Notes: generated by a model from the sequence alone, not told the origin. 64,000 nt of DNA from Candidatus Nanohalarchaeota archaeon (GCA_022729235.1 JALDAJ010000001.1:963596-1027595), one strand, 5' to 3'; counted from the stretch's first letter, positions 1 through 10,219 are shown. A program made the numbers and translations.

Positions 1-1598
1 GTCACCATCTTAACATTGATACCTGCGCTTTCACACATCGCGATAGAGTCCTTTACCTCGGGGCGTGGAGGATCGATCATCCCTGCAAGACCGAGAAGAG
101 TCATGTCCTGCTCAACGTTGTCTTCCTGGAACGGCTTCTCCACACCCTCTCTGTAAGCCAGCGCCAGAACTCTCAACGCATCCTCCGCGAACTCACTGTT
201 CTTCTCAAGTAACTCGTGTTTATCCTCCTCCGTCAGTTCCCTCCTGTCACCGTCAACCATGATGTGAGAGCACCTATCGAGCACGACTTCCGGGGCGCCC
301 TTCATGAACGCCCAGTTCTCACCGTCCACATCGTTTATCGTTGTCATCCTCTTCCGTCCGGATGAGAACATGATCTCCTTCTTTCTCTCATGTTTTCCCT
401 CAAGATCTTCTTTCTTGAAGTCTGCTTTCTCCCCGAGAACCACTAACGCGCCTTCTGTAGGATCGCCGTTCATCTCGTAGTTGCCTTCTTCCACGTGCAG
501 TTCCGCATTATTGCAGAGCATCCCTGTCTTCAGGAAGAGTCCAAGAGTCTCCGACTTGTCCGGCGTGTAGGGCTGCGCCTTGTACTTGATATCTCCCTGC
601 GGAACGTATCCGCTACCATCGACCTCGACCTCTTTCCCGTCGAGATACATCTTCTTCACGGTCATCTCGTTTTTCGTTAGAGTCCCCGTCTTGTCAGTAC
701 AGATAACCGTCGTGCTCCCGAGACCTTCTACGGCGAGCATCTTTCTAACTATCGCGTTCTTCTCCGCCATATCCTTCATGCCGTGTGAGAGCGTGACGGT
801 GACTGCGAGAGGTAGACCTTCTGGAACCGCTGCAACTGCCAGTGCAAGTGTAACGATAAGCAGGTCGAAGATCTGCGCCTGCTCCCATAGACCAAGCCCA
901 AAGAATACTGTAAGAGTGACTAGTGACAGATAGGCAAAACGCTTCGCCAGCATCTTTATCCTTTTCTGGAGCGGTGTCTCTGGTTCTTCCTCCTGTATCT
1001 CATCCGCTATCTTCCCGAGCTCTGTCTCCATCCCTGTCGCGGTTACTTCAGCCCTGCACTTACCCTCAGTAATCGTTGTCCCCGAGTAGAGCTCGTCACC
1101 CTCTTCTTTCCCTACAGGGTTGCTTTCACCAGTAAGTACTGCCTCGTTCACGTGCAGGTCATTTGCTTCTACTACCTCTGCATCCGCAGGAATCTTTGCA
1201 CCTCTATCAAGAACAAGCAGGTCCCCGGGAACTACGTCGATACTGGGGATTTCCTTCAGCTTACCATCCCGCTCCACAGTCGTGGTAGGCTCCACCATCG
1301 CCTCAAGCTCCTCCATCGCCTTCTCGGCTTTCCACTCCTGTACGTATCCGCTTACAACGATGATGCCGACGATGACGTTAACGAAGTAAAAAGTGTAAAT
1401 CTTCCCGGGGTCGTATATCGAGGCGATGTAGGATATAACAGCCGCAGCGATAAGAATCCAGACAAGAAAGTTCTTACTGAACTGCCGGATAAAAATATCT
1501 AGTCTAGAGGTACCTTCCTCTTTTTCCAGCTCATTAGACCCATACTCCTCCAGTCTATCCTTTGCCTCTTCTTTCGTGAGACCTTCCTGTTCGGGCAT
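1..1598 (-). CDS. Cation-transporting P-type ATPase (P2A/Ca2+-type like), 5' part; runs off the window edge
   Basis: Manual minus-strand translation from ATG 1598 gives MPEQEGLTKEEAKDRLEEYGLNEL. Motifs TGES, VPEGLP and ICTDKTGTLT (phosphorylation site) follow, and VKMV appears at the window edge. Confidence 0.95.
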   Translation of the reverse strand, partial: MPEQEGLTKEEAKDRLEEYGSNELEKEEGTSRLDIFIRQFSKNFLVWILIAAAVISYIASIYDPGKIYTFYFVNVIVGIIVVSGYVQEWKAEKAMEELEAMVEPTTTVERDGKLKEIPSIDVVPGDLLVLDRGAKIPADAEVVEANDLHVNEAVLTGESNPVGKEEGDELYSGTTITEGKCRAEVTATGMETELGKIADEIQEEEPETPLQKRIKMLAKRFAYLSLVTLTVFFGLGLWEQAQIFDLLIVTLALAVAAVPEGLPLAVTVTLSHGMKDMAEKNAIVRKMLAVEGLGSTTVICTDKTGTLTKNEMTVKKMYLDGKEVEVDGSGYVPQGDIKYKAQPYTPDKSETLGLFLKTGMLCNNAELHVEEGNYEMNGDPTEGALVVLGEKADFKKEDLEGKHERKKEIMFSSGRKRMTTINDVDGENWAFMKGAPEVVLDRCSHIMVDGDRRELTEEDKHELLEKNSEFAEDALRVLALAYREGVEKPFQEDNVEQDMTLLGLAGMIDPPRPEVKDSIAMCESAGINVKMV

Positions 1599-1648
1599 TC
1601 TAACTAGATTAAGTCAAGCCTATTGAAAAAAGGTTACTAATTACCTTC

Positions 1649-2257
1649 TCAAACACCCACGCCTGTATCGGCTTCCGGTAAATCGTGTTTCTCATAGTCG
1701 ATACCAAGCTCTTCCAGCGCCACCTCCATGTGCCTGTCTTCCGCGTACTCCGAGCCCTCGCTCTCTCTAATTTCCTGGGTGGTCGCCAGTACCTCCCCGC
1801 GCCTGTCATCAGGAATACTGTATTTGTCCGCGCTCAGCTCTATGACGAGCCCGTTGTTGTCGGTGGTGTAAATCGAGTGGAAGATACCGCGGTCAAAAAC
1901 GTTGTAGCTGTACCCGTTTTCATCCAGCGCATCCATGATATCCTCGAACTCCGCCGGGTCGATCTTGAAGGAAATGTGGTGAACCGCCCCGGTTCGGGTG
2001 GTCTGCCTGTCAACTGAGTCGCGGTCGTCATTGACGAAAAATGTTAGTATACGTCCGTCGCCGGTATCGAAAAACAGGTGGGTCTGCCGGGGATCGTCGA
2101 GGTTCGGCTGTTTCAGGACGAGGGGCATCCCGAGGATGTCGCGGTAGAACTCAACAGTGTCTTCCTCGTTGCTCCCCCATAAAGTTATGTGGTCCACGCC
2201 CCGGGTTTTGAACGCGCTGTCCGGCTCCTCGCTGGTAATAGGTGTTTTGTCGGTCAT
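1649..2257 (-). CDS. VOC/glyoxalase-family protein
   Basis: GVDHITL...FYRDILG...HLFF...AVHHISF...SIYTTDNNGLVIEL pattern. Start taken at MTDKT. Confidence 0.85.
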   Translation of the reverse strand: MTDKTPITSEEPDSAFKTRGVDHITLWGSNEEDTVEFYRDILGMPLVLKQPNLDDPRQTHLFFDTGDGRILTFFVNDDRDSVDRQTTRTGAVHHISFKIDPAEFEDIMDALDENGYSYNVFDRGIFHSIYTTDNNGLVIELSADKYSIPDDRRGEVLATTQEIRESEGSEYAEDRHMEVALEELGIDYEKHDLPEADTGVGV

Positions 2258-2355
2258 GTCCGGTAATGCGGTTTCAAAGGTTAAAATCTTTGACGTCTCG
2301 GGAAGAGAAAGATAAGACCTTGATAAATCTCGACGGACAAAACTTCCACAGAATA

Positions 2356-3570
2356 ATGATAGACAAGCTTCTATCACGTTTCCGTGAACCACTGGAAACA
2401 AGTCTTGAGGATGCCGAAGATTTTTTCCGGGAACAGAGACAGGAAGAGCTCAGGGAGGCGGAGAAACGTTTCAAAGAGCTGGAGCATCGGCTGGAGGAAG
2501 ACCTTGAAGAACTGAAGGCTGACCTGGAAGAGTTAGAGGGTTACGATGACTACAAGGACAGAACAGTGATAGAGGACGTGGTTGATAATATCTCCCGGGA
2601 CAGGCAGAAACTGCTGGAAGAGCTTGAGCTCCCAGGACACCCGGAGGAGCTGCTGGACGCGCTTGAGGAACTGCTCGAGGATTTCAACGATCTCTCGCGC
2701 AAGGAAGCAGCGGTCATCAAGGAAGCTAACCTGATGAACGAGATACAGGAGCCGATGACGGATATACAGGAGGTAAGAAAAGAGCTGGAAGACTTTCTCG
2801 AAGACGAGTACAAAGTGAGGAAGACGCTGGAACAGCTGGAAGAACTGTCTGGACAGAGGGAGCAACTCCAGCTAGAGATAGAGGAGAGAGAACTGGAGCT
2901 AGAAGATATCGACCGGGAGAGCGTGGACCAGGCAATCGAGAGCAATGAGCGCGAGGTAGAAAATCTTCTTGATAGCGGGGAGTGGCAGGACTACCAGGGA
3001 TTGCAGGAACAGCTGGAAGAAGCAAGAAGGCGCAAGAAAGAGCAGGAGCAGGAGCTTGGCAAGGCGGTTAACAGGATGGAGCGCGGGATGAAGAAACTGG
3101 TCTACCAGATAAAAAACGGTGACATAGAGTTCGAGGGCGATGTTTCAGTCCTTGAAGACATACGCGACGGTAACACGGGAGAACTCGTGGAAAAACCAGG
3201 GGAGGTGGTCAAGGCAGCGGAAGACGCCACGGGCGTACTACCGATGGACCTGCTTGACGACGCCTCGCATAGAAAGTTCATGGACGGCGCCGAGTTCCTG
3301 ATGGGTCTTCCCTCTCACCACCAGGAATTAATGGAGATCAACGACCGTATCGAAGAACTGGAAGAAAAGGTCGATAACCACTCTGCCAGAGAGAAGAAAA
3401 AGGAGCTGGAAGAGGAGCGAGAAGAGCTGGAGCAGGAGATAGCGGAACTCGAGAAGAAACGAAACAGACTTGAGAAAGAGATAGAGGAGAAAGAAAAGAA
3501 ACTGTCAGACACCGAACAGCAGATAAAAGAGACCTTAACCTCTTCTTTCAGGCGCAGGGTAGTGTTCTAG
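2356..3570 (+). CDS. Acidic coiled-coil hypothetical protein
   Basis: Long Glu/Leu heptad-rich ORF with no ATPase motifs. Start at MIDKLL. Confidence 0.75.
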   Translation: MIDKLLSRFREPLETSLEDAEDFFREQRQEELREAEKRFKELEHRLEEDLEELKADLEELEGYDDYKDRTVIEDVVDNISRDRQKLLEELELPGHPEELLDALEELLEDFNDLSRKEAAVIKEANLMNEIQEPMTDIQEVRKELEDFLEDEYKVRKTLEQLEELSGQREQLQLEIEERELELEDIDRESVDQAIESNEREVENLLDSGEWQDYQGLQEQLEEARRRKKEQEQELGKAVNRMERGMKKLVYQIKNGDIEFEGDVSVLEDIRDGNTGELVEKPGEVVKAAEDATGVLPMDLLDDASHRKFMDGAEFLMGLPSHHQELMEINDRIEELEEKVDNHSAREKKKELEEEREELEQEIAELEKKRNRLEKEIEEKEKKLSDTEQQIKETLTSSFRRRVVF

Positions 3571-3575
3571 GCGGA

Positions 3576-3935
3576 CTACAGATAATCCTCTACACAGTCA
3601 AGCCCTAACTCCTCTATGAGAACCTCGTATGCTTTCTCTCTAGTAGCGTATGTTTCAGTTTCAGGAGACCCGAACCTTTCCTTTCTGATTCTGACTTCAA
3701 ACCTTTCGCACAACTCGGTTTGGTTTTCGCCGTATAACCTGTAGTTATCTCTTATGTACACTGCTCCCCCTCCTGCGTTAGGCTCTACTGCGTGGAAAAT
3801 GTGAGAGGCGGGATTACTTTGTGTTGAAACGTATTCTGAATCCTCTATTATGGAGTAGTTATCGATAACGAGGTTATGTGCTTTTGACGTGTTTGGAGTA
3901 TCTGGGCTTCCAGAGTCTTCAGCTGATTTAGCCAT
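3576..3935 (-). CDS. Hypothetical protein
   Basis: Acidic ORF filling the gap between neighbouring genes. Confidence 0.55.
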   Translation of the reverse strand: MAKSAEDSGSPDTPNTSKAHNLVIDNYSIIEDSEYVSTQSNPASHIFHAVEPNAGGGAVYIRDNYRLYGENQTELCERFEVRIRKERFGSPETETYATREKAYEVLIEELGLDCVEDYL

Positions 3936-4036
3936 CCTTCCCGTCCTTAACATATGCAAAGGTCGCTTTTCAACGTCCCCGAGAATTTTTAACTGTGCCG
4001 AGTCAATAACTCAAGCAGTAGTCCTCTCACAAATTG

Positions 4037-4303
4037 CTATACTAAGGAGGTCCATGCGTCATCCTCCAGATCCAGGTCGTGTTCCTCTATGATTCTACCT
4101 GTCTTCTCCATCCTATCCGTCATGGAATTATAGTCAAATCCCTCCTTCAGACCATCGGTATACAAGTCAACGAACTCCCAGTAATCCCTGCTATCTTCAG
4201 CTAGCTCTCTTGCCATCTCTTCTTCAGTATCAAACCTGTCGAAATCTATATCCCGGGACTCTATCTCGTTTATGTGTTCCGGGGTGTAACTCTTGGAACT
4301 CAT
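4037..4303 (-). CDS. Small acidic hypothetical protein
   Basis: 88-aa ORF with halophile-type composition. Confidence 0.65.
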   Translation of the reverse strand: MSSKSYTPEHINEIESRDIDFDRFDTEEEMARELAEDSRDYWEFVDLYTDGLKEGFDYNSMTDRMEKTGRIIEEHDLDLEDDAWTSLV

Positions 4304-4414
4304 CCTGTATCGACCACGAAGTTAGTATCCAGTAACTCCTATTTAGAAAATCTTACACAGGAACAAAACCGTTCATCGATACGTATCCAATATCTCATAA
4401 AACGGAGCAACCCT

Positions 4415-4624
4415 CTATACATCCCGACCACCTCTCGCCACGAGGACGTCTACTTCCTCGCCCTTTTCAAGCTGGAGTTTATCGCGGACGCGAGAAGGAA
4501 TCACGATACGTCCACGAGAATCGGTTCTAGCAGTAAAGCACGACAGCTCATCGGGTACTGAACTGTCTTCTGTAAACGCGTCCACCCTTCGAGGATGGCT
4601 TCCTGGTATGTGTCTCCATATCAA
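4415..4624 (-). CDS. AbrB/MazE/SpoVT-family DNA-binding protein (start uncertain)
   Basis: TDSRGRIVIPSRVRDKLQLEKGEEV is the AbrB-type signature. Confidence 0.7.
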   Translation of the reverse strand: MIWRHIPGSHPRRVDAFTEDSSVPDELSCFTARTDSRGRIVIPSRVRDKLQLEKGEEVDVLVARGGRDV

Positions 4625-4740
4625 TCACGTCTAACCAACTTTTAGCACAGACACAGTTTTAACATTTTGTGGGGAGAAGACCAGGGCTGAAGGTAATCCT
4701 ACGGAAAAGTATATTATAGAGCACATATAACGCTTTGTAG

Positions 4741-5151
4741 ATGGCTATATCTGCCCAGAACAGCAGCTTGCCCGGCGTAAAGCAGGCGAGAAACAGAGAA
4801 TACGCTGAGATAGAACAAGACAGTGATCTTAGCGGAAAACTGGAGGAAGTAGCTAAATCCGCTCTTTCACAGAAAGACAATGAGATAGATGGCATCGAAA
4901 CAGTCTTGGAAACAGGGACCTGCGTGACCATGCTAAGAGACAATGGGGATAGTGCATCCGCACTTCTGTACGGCAAACACAGCGGAATATACTTTCCTGT
5001 GATCCGCATCCAGCTGAACAAGTGCGGATTCAGCAAGAACATAAAGAACAGGGAAAACCTACCAGACCAGTACAAAGTACCTATCAATAACGAAGCAGTC
5101 GAGATGGATGAGGGAAGTATACTAGCTATGCAGAAGATGAAAAGATACTGA
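4741..5151 (+). CDS. Hypothetical protein
   Basis: 136-aa ORF after an AT-rich TATA-like stretch. Confidence 0.5.
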   Translation: MAISAQNSSLPGVKQARNREYAEIEQDSDLSGKLEEVAKSALSQKDNEIDGIETVLETGTCVTMLRDNGDSASALLYGKHSGIYFPVIRIQLNKCGFSKNIKNRENLPDQYKVPINNEAVEMDEGSILAMQKMKRY

Positions 5152-5197
5152 CCTCTCCCGAACAGACTAAAAGTTTACGGGACCGGACAGCCCAGGG

Positions 5198-5872
5198 ATG
5201 CCGGACAACAGGTTCATAGATGAGGAGAAACTGGAGTACTACCGCGACAGGAGGAACACGATACTGCGTGGTCTTTCATCAGGCGTCGACCGGTCAAAGG
5301 AGCCCGCCAAGTCCGGTGTCGTAGTCCTTTTCCCAGTCTTCGTCCTTGGACTGGTTATTTACTGGCTTGCCGGCGTCCTTGATAACATCCCTCTACTCCT
5401 CGAGGTTCCGATAACAGGATTATACACCGTTGACATGATACTGCAGATGCTGACCGTCCTCGTAATGGCAAGTCTTGCAACAGCAGTGACCGGACAGCTT
5501 GTCACAACCGAGAGAGGTTTCCGCGTTGAGAAGGCACTGGACAGGACAGCAGAAAAAATACCTGTCCTTGGCACGGTCTACAGGATTTCAAAAGTGACTG
5601 CGGACACCGTAGTGAAAGGTCCGGAAGAACTCAGGGAACCGGTCAAACTCGACTTTAACGGTGTGAGGCTGAACGCTTTCAGAACCGGCAACACCACCAT
5701 CGATGGGAGAAAAATCCTGGTCCTGCCGACCGCACCGAACGTCACCTCCGGCCTCGTCCTGGAGGTCGACCCTGAAAGGTACGGGGAACCAGGCGAGGAC
5801 ACCGAGGAGATACTCACCCGGATCTTCAGCGCAGGGTTCGGGCACTCGAAGAACGGCGAGAAAGACAGCTAG
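5198..5872 (+). CDS. DUF502-like membrane protein
   Basis: Two TM segments, then KIPVLGTVY and LPTAPNVTSG, typical of DUF502/COG2928. Confidence 0.75.
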   Translation: MPDNRFIDEEKLEYYRDRRNTILRGLSSGVDRSKEPAKSGVVVLFPVFVLGLVIYWLAGVLDNIPLLLEVPITGLYTVDMILQMLTVLVMASLATAVTGQLVTTERGFRVEKALDRTAEKIPVLGTVYRISKVTADTVVKGPEELREPVKLDFNGVRLNAFRTGNTTIDGRKILVLPTAPNVTSGLVLEVDPERYGEPGEDTEEILTRIFSAGFGHSKNGEKDS

Positions 5873-5878
5873 CGCCCG

Positions 5879-7027
5879 CTAGAAAGTCGAGATATCTCCC
5901 TGGATACACCTATCTGTCACGTCTTCTACAGAATCAAACTTTCTCGCCACGACCTCGTTAACAGTCTTCTCGTCCGCCGATGTCTCCACTTCAACCGCCC
6001 GCGGCTCGTCTACAGGGACGCCTATCTGCGATAACAGCTTGACTTCCGCGAACCCTCCTGTCCTCTCGTAAATCGCGCGGGCGATGTCGTCCGCGAGCAG
6101 GTTGTAGATCTTGCCGACGTGCGTCACCGGGTTTTTACCGGAGGCGGCCTCGAGCGACATGGAGCGGTGAGGCGTGATGAGCCCATTGACCCTGTTTCCT
6201 CTGCCGACGCTGCCATCGTCTCCCATCTCCGCGGAAGTTCCGGTGACGGTCAGGTAGACCGCGTCCTCCTTCGGCTCGTCGGCAGTATTAACATGTATAA
6301 CAGGTTCCAGCAGGGTGTTCTCCTCGACTATTTCTTTCACGACTGCCTCGACCTGGCGGGTAACATCAAGGTACTCATCCAGCCCCGGGACCTCTCGGGC
6401 GATAACTGCGGTCGCCACGGTCAGGTCCAGCTCTTCTCCTTTCCTGAACCCCATGACTTTCACATCTTCACCTACCGCATCTATCCTTCTATGTAGCTCG
6501 GCCTCGACTTCCCTCACCGCGAGCTCTGCATCACTTAATGGCGCGTGCCCCACACCAAAACTGGTATCGTTTGATTTACGCGATTCACCGGAGAATACCT
6601 CTTTAAGATCAGTCGAAGTCTCACCTATTCTCGACTCTAACTCGATGTCATCAGAGCTAAGCACCTTGAAATTACTGTCTATATAGTCTTTCGCGGCGTC
6701 CAAAGCTATCCGGTCCACTGGGATTTTCTTGCCATCAAACTCTCTTGTCGCTCTGCCGGCAAGTAAAAGAAAAATCGGTTCAATTACCTCGCCAGAACTG
6801 AACCTGGGGTTACTGCTCCCCGCCACCAGCTGCACCTCGTCGGTGTTGTGGTGCAGAACTTTTCCGAAACGGTCGCGGTACTCCTTACTGAGTGCGCGGG
6901 AAACGGCCTCCGCCACGCCATCGCTTATGGAGTCGGGGTGTCCAAGTCCTTTCCTCTCCACGAGCTCGGTTTCTCTCTGTTTTACCGGGTCTTCATCTAC
7001 ACGGTGTATAACCGGTCCTGCTGTCAT
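5879..7027 (-). CDS. mat: Archaeal S-adenosylmethionine synthetase (methionine adenosyltransferase)
   Basis: ELVERKGLGHPDSI, LHHNTD, SNDTSFGVG, GDDGSVGRGNR and GKNPVTHVGKIYN motifs. Confidence 0.96.
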   Translation of the reverse strand: MTAGPVIHRVDEDPVKQRETELVERKGLGHPDSISDGVAEAVSRALSKEYRDRFGKVLHHNTDEVQLVAGSSNPRFSSGEVIEPIFLLLAGRATREFDGKKIPVDRIALDAAKDYIDSNFKVLSSDDIELESRIGETSTDLKEVFSGESRKSNDTSFGVGHAPLSDAELAVREVEAELHRRIDAVGEDVKVMGFRKGEELDLTVATAVIAREVPGLDEYLDVTRQVEAVVKEIVEENTLLEPVIHVNTADEPKEDAVYLTVTGTSAEMGDDGSVGRGNRVNGLITPHRSMSLEAASGKNPVTHVGKIYNLLADDIARAIYERTGGFAEVKLLSQIGVPVDEPRAVEVETSADEKTVNEVVARKFDSVEDVTDRCIQGDISTF

Positions 7028-7036
7028 CCTCTACCT

Positions 7037-7147
7037 TCACACACCGTAGTAGTCGGCCAGGTTGTGAAGCCCGGTTTCTCTCCTGTTTCTTCTATCTTTT
7101 TTACCTGCAGAACATTTTCCATCGATACGTTCGGCTGTCGCTGTCAT
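7037..7147 (-). CDS. Putative 36-aa small protein directly upstream of mat
   Basis: MTATAERIDGKCSAGKKDRRNRRETGLHNLADYYGV*. Stop lies 9 nt before the mat ATG; below the ORF-track cutoff. Confidence 0.35.
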   Translation of the reverse strand: MTATAERIDGKCSAGKKDRRNRRETGLHNLADYYGV

Positions 7148-7213
7148 CTCAGGGAAGAGTTGGTTGCGGTACAGGATAATAGTTAAAAAATATTCTTGCT
7201 CTATATTCAATCC

Positions 7214-7753
7214 ATGAATCTTGTCCCCCGGGAGGAACTGGCGAAGATGCTAAGGAGGAAGCGCCAGCGCATCGGCGTGAAACAGAAGAAGGCTGCCTCT
7301 GTTGCAGGCCTAAGTGCGAGCCACGTCAACCGCATCGAGAACGACACCACCAACCCCAGCTATAACTCTGTCTACCAGTTATGGAAGGCGCTCGACCAGC
7401 TGGAGCAGAAAGAGGTGAAGACCGCGTCTGACCTGATGAACGCTCCTGTTGCCAGTGCCTTGAAAACAGACATACTTGAGGAAATCGCCCGTAAAATGCG
7501 GGAGGGAAACTTCTCCCAGCTCCCAGTAATGGAAAACGACGAATGTGTCGGCAGGATAACTGAGTCTGCGATTATAGAAGCTGGAGATCCTGATATTCAA
7601 GTGAAAGAGGTAATGGGCTCGCGTCTCATGGAAGTCCAGAAGTCTACTCCTGCGGACGCGATAAGGGAGATACTGAAGAACGAGCCCGCGATACTTGTCA
7701 CCAGTGGAAGCGGGGAACCAGAGGGCATCATAACCAAGGCCGACCTGCTGTAG
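7214..7753 (+). CDS. XRE-HTH + CBS-pair transcriptional regulator
   Basis: N-terminal HTH (QKKAASVAGLSASHVNRIE...PSY) and CBS motifs (FSQLPV, GIITKADLL). Confidence 0.9.
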   Translation: MNLVPREELAKMLRRKRQRIGVKQKKAASVAGLSASHVNRIENDTTNPSYNSVYQLWKALDQLEQKEVKTASDLMNAPVASALKTDILEEIARKMREGNFSQLPVMENDECVGRITESAIIEAGDPDIQVKEVMGSRLMEVQKSTPADAIREILKNEPAILVTSGSGEPEGIITKADLL

Positions 7754-7827
7754 ACACAGACCCCGGAAGCCTGCAGTCCCGCGTTTCTCGAGGCATTAAT
7801 TATTAACGGGGAGTACGAAGCTTACTC

Positions 7828-8205
7828 ATGTCAGAGTACAGGCCCGGGAGACAGCCCAGGGACACGGATATCGAAAAGTTGAGAGGCAGGAACTTCAGGT
7901 TCACGAGACCTGACTACGGTGAGCTTGATGTCCAGGACTACGATATCGTCGCGGAAGTGTCCGGGGAACAACTGGATGTCCACGAGGTTTCAGGTGATGT
8001 CACGAGCGTGGAGTTCAACGGCAGGACCGCCAACGTCACAATCAACGCCAGCTCCTATCACGACTTCTCGGAGAGAGACACGAGGCTGCTGGAGTACGTA
8101 TCCGAAAATTTCTACACATCCGGCAGGTACGCCAAAGGCGCGGCTGCGGTTGTAGGCGTCGCCACCTTCGCCGGGATCGCACACTACCTCGACCGCAGGC
8201 AGTGA
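7828..8205 (+). CDS. Hypothetical protein with C-terminal hydrophobic anchor
   Basis: Acidic ORF ending AAAVVGVATFAGIAHYL. Confidence 0.65.
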   Translation: MSEYRPGRQPRDTDIEKLRGRNFRFTRPDYGELDVQDYDIVAEVSGEQLDVHEVSGDVTSVEFNGRTANVTINASSYHDFSERDTRLLEYVSENFYTSGRYAKGAAAVVGVATFAGIAHYLDRRQ

Positions 8206-8246
8206 CCACGTAAACCGGTAAAAAGCTATTCTCGCATACAGACCAC

Positions 8247-8606
8247 ATGGAACTCTCACAGCTACAGGAGAAGTACATCAAGTTCATAGAGGAACGGGAC
8301 TGGCAGAAGTTCCACCAGCCGAAGAACGTCGCGATGGCACTATCCGTAGAAGCCTCCGAGTTAATGGAACTGTTCCAGTGGAAGGACAACGTCGCCATAG
8401 AGAAAATCAAAGACGACGAGGAACTGATGGAGAACATCCGCGGCGAACTCGCCGACGTAACACTGTATGCGATGAGCCTCGCCCACCACCTCGACATCGA
8501 CCTCGAACAGGCAGTCAACGACAAGCTCGACCACATCCACGACCGCTACGACAAAGAAACAGCGGAAGAAATGACAGAAGAACTGGAAGAATGGCGGAGA
8601 GAGTAA
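8247..8606 (+). CDS. MazG-like nucleotide pyrophosphohydrolase (DCTPP1/RS21-C6 type)
   Basis: ERDWQKFHQPKN...SVEASELMELFQW...ELADV motifs. Confidence 0.92.
   Translation: MELSQLQEKYIKFIEERDWQKFHQPKNVAMALSVEASELMELFQWKDNVAIEKIKDDEELMENIRGELADVTLYAMSLAHHLDIDLEQAVNDKLDHIHDRYDKETAEEMTEELEEWRRE
8565..8606 (+). repeat. Native copy of the 42-bp MazG 3'-end repeat (EEMTEELEEWRRE*)
   Basis: Aligns ungapped to 13156-13197 (33/42) and 13805-13846 (35/42), counted by hand. Confidence 0.85.
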
Positions 8607-8694
8607 ACATTTGAAGTTCAGCTAACCTTTGACAGAGTGCCACTTACCTTTAAAGTCTGTATCCCGTGTATTGGGATATAGAGGTTGAGACCCT

Positions 8695-8871
8695 ATGGGC
8701 GCCACAAAGAAGGAGATTGTTAAGCAGGTTATAGAGGACAACCAGAAGGGTTTTGAGAGACTGGCTAGAGAAGAACCTGCTGCTGAGAGAAGAAGCAGAT
8801 TGAAGCGTTTAGAGCGCAAGATCAAGGATTTTCTACAGAACGAGAAAGAAGTAGGACATATTAGAGCCTAA
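8695..8871 (+). CDS. 58-aa putative Doc-associated antitoxin-like peptide
   Basis: MGATKKEIVKQVIEDNQKGFERLAREE... Convergent with the Doc gene, stop codons overlapping, TATA-like TATATA upstream. Confidence 0.5.
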   Translation: MGATKKEIVKQVIEDNQKGFERLAREEPAAERRSRLKRLERKIKDFLQNEKEVGHIRA

Positions 8872-9401
8872 TCGGTTAGTTTTTGCTTTAGATAGTCGTA
8901 AAAATCCTCTCTACTCATCGTGTCTTCGTTATCTGTACCATCTATTGCTAAAGCCGATAATTTATCCGTGAAATCACGCGTAAGACGCGGATATACCGCA
9001 TCCTCATCCTTCATTATCTGGCATTCGATAAGGAAGAGAACTCCTGTCATGTATGCTGTTCTCTTGTTTCCCTCTCCAAAAGCCTGGTTCTGTGCTATCT
9101 CCGACATTATCACCGATGTGAGCCAGAGAACAGAATTATCCTCTCTACATTCACGGGGTAGTATCTGCTCAATCAGTGTTTCTATCCGTCCCGGATCCCT
9201 GAAGTCGTGGTAGTCCTCTGACCGGTTAGTTTCCAATCCCTCTCCTTCAATACCATCATTAGCCAGCTTTTCTACAAAACCCTATTTTTCACGGTCTTTA
9301 AGGTTCTCCGGATCGGTTATCATGTTATTTATGACCGCCACTTCCTCTACAGAAACTAATTCTGGAACCTTATCGCACTCGACGGTCAGGTCTTCAATCA
9401 T
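8868..9401 (-). pseudogene. Fic/Doc-family toxin interrupted by in-frame TAG at 9282-9284
   Basis: From ATG 9401: MIEDL...LVSVEEVAVINNMI...DREK*GFVEKL... continues in frame into QAFGEGNKRTA (Doc loop). Confidence 0.75.
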
Positions 9402-9511
9402 TTCAAGAACTATTGGTAACTCAACAGCCTTTTAGTTTTAGGTCGTAGTATGTATCGACCAATGGAGATGCCTCATCACAGAGGACGATTTCCTTTAAGC
9501 GTTATGCAGTT

Positions 9512-10219
9512 CTACAGTATCTCGACTATCTCCCCTAATTCTTTGTTAGGACGGTAGAGTTTGGCCGGTCTGTGAGACACGTTCTTGGTCTTCTCGCCAG
9601 TGTATTCTACTAAATCCTGTTTCTTGACCTTCTTCCTGAAGTTTCTCTTGTCGAACTCCCTGTCGAAAACTGTTTCGTAGACGTCCTGGAGGTCTGTAAG
9701 GGTAAACCTGTCGGGCAGGAACGAGAACGCGGCTGTCGTGTACTCCATCTTCCACCTCAGCCGTTTAACCGCGTAGTCAAGTATGTCTTTATGGTCGAAA
9801 GCCAGTTCCGGATGATCCTTAACAGGGTACCATTCAACGTCTGCGACATCGTCTGTCTTGCTGATGTTAACTTCCTCTGAGTTGACGAGCGCGAAGTAAC
9901 CGACTGTTATGATGTAGGTTTCCGGGTTCCTGTCAGGCTCACCGAACGTGTAGAGCTGTTCCAGGTAAACGTCTTCCTTTACCCCGGTCTGTTCGTGAAG
10001 CGCTCTCTCCGCGGCGGTTTCAACTGATTCATCCATCTTGATGAACCCTGTTGGGAGCGCCCATTCTCCCTTAACCGGTTCGTACTTCCTGTTGATGAGG
10101 AGTGCTTTGAGCTCGCCGTCTTCCACCGTGAAGATTGTCAGCGTTACCGTTACAGACGGCCTGTTGAAGTCTGTCTCGTAGTAGTCCTTCGGACCCTCGA
10201 ATTTTTTGTCCTCGACCAT
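9512..10219 (-). CDS. nrtR: NrtR-family regulator (Nudix + C-terminal wHTH)
   Basis: WALPTGF, LEQLYTFGEPDR, LAFDH, FTLTDLQDVYE, DKRNFRKK, RPAKLYR. Adjacent to NAD salvage genes. Confidence 0.92.
   Translation of the reverse strand: MVEDKKFEGPKDYYETDFNRPSVTVTLTIFTVEDGELKALLINRKYEPVKGEWALPTGFIKMDESVETAAERALHEQTGVKEDVYLEQLYTFGEPDRNPETYIITVGYFALVNSEEVNISKTDDVADVEWYPVKDHPELAFDHKDILDYAVKRLRWKMEYTTAAFSFLPDRFTLTDLQDVYETVFDREFDKRNFRKKVKKQDLVEYTGEKTKNVSHRPAKLYRPNKELGEIVEIL

Noticed and set aside
2356-3570. SMC/Rad50-like call for the coiled-coil protein
   Set aside because: No Walker A/B or signature motifs.
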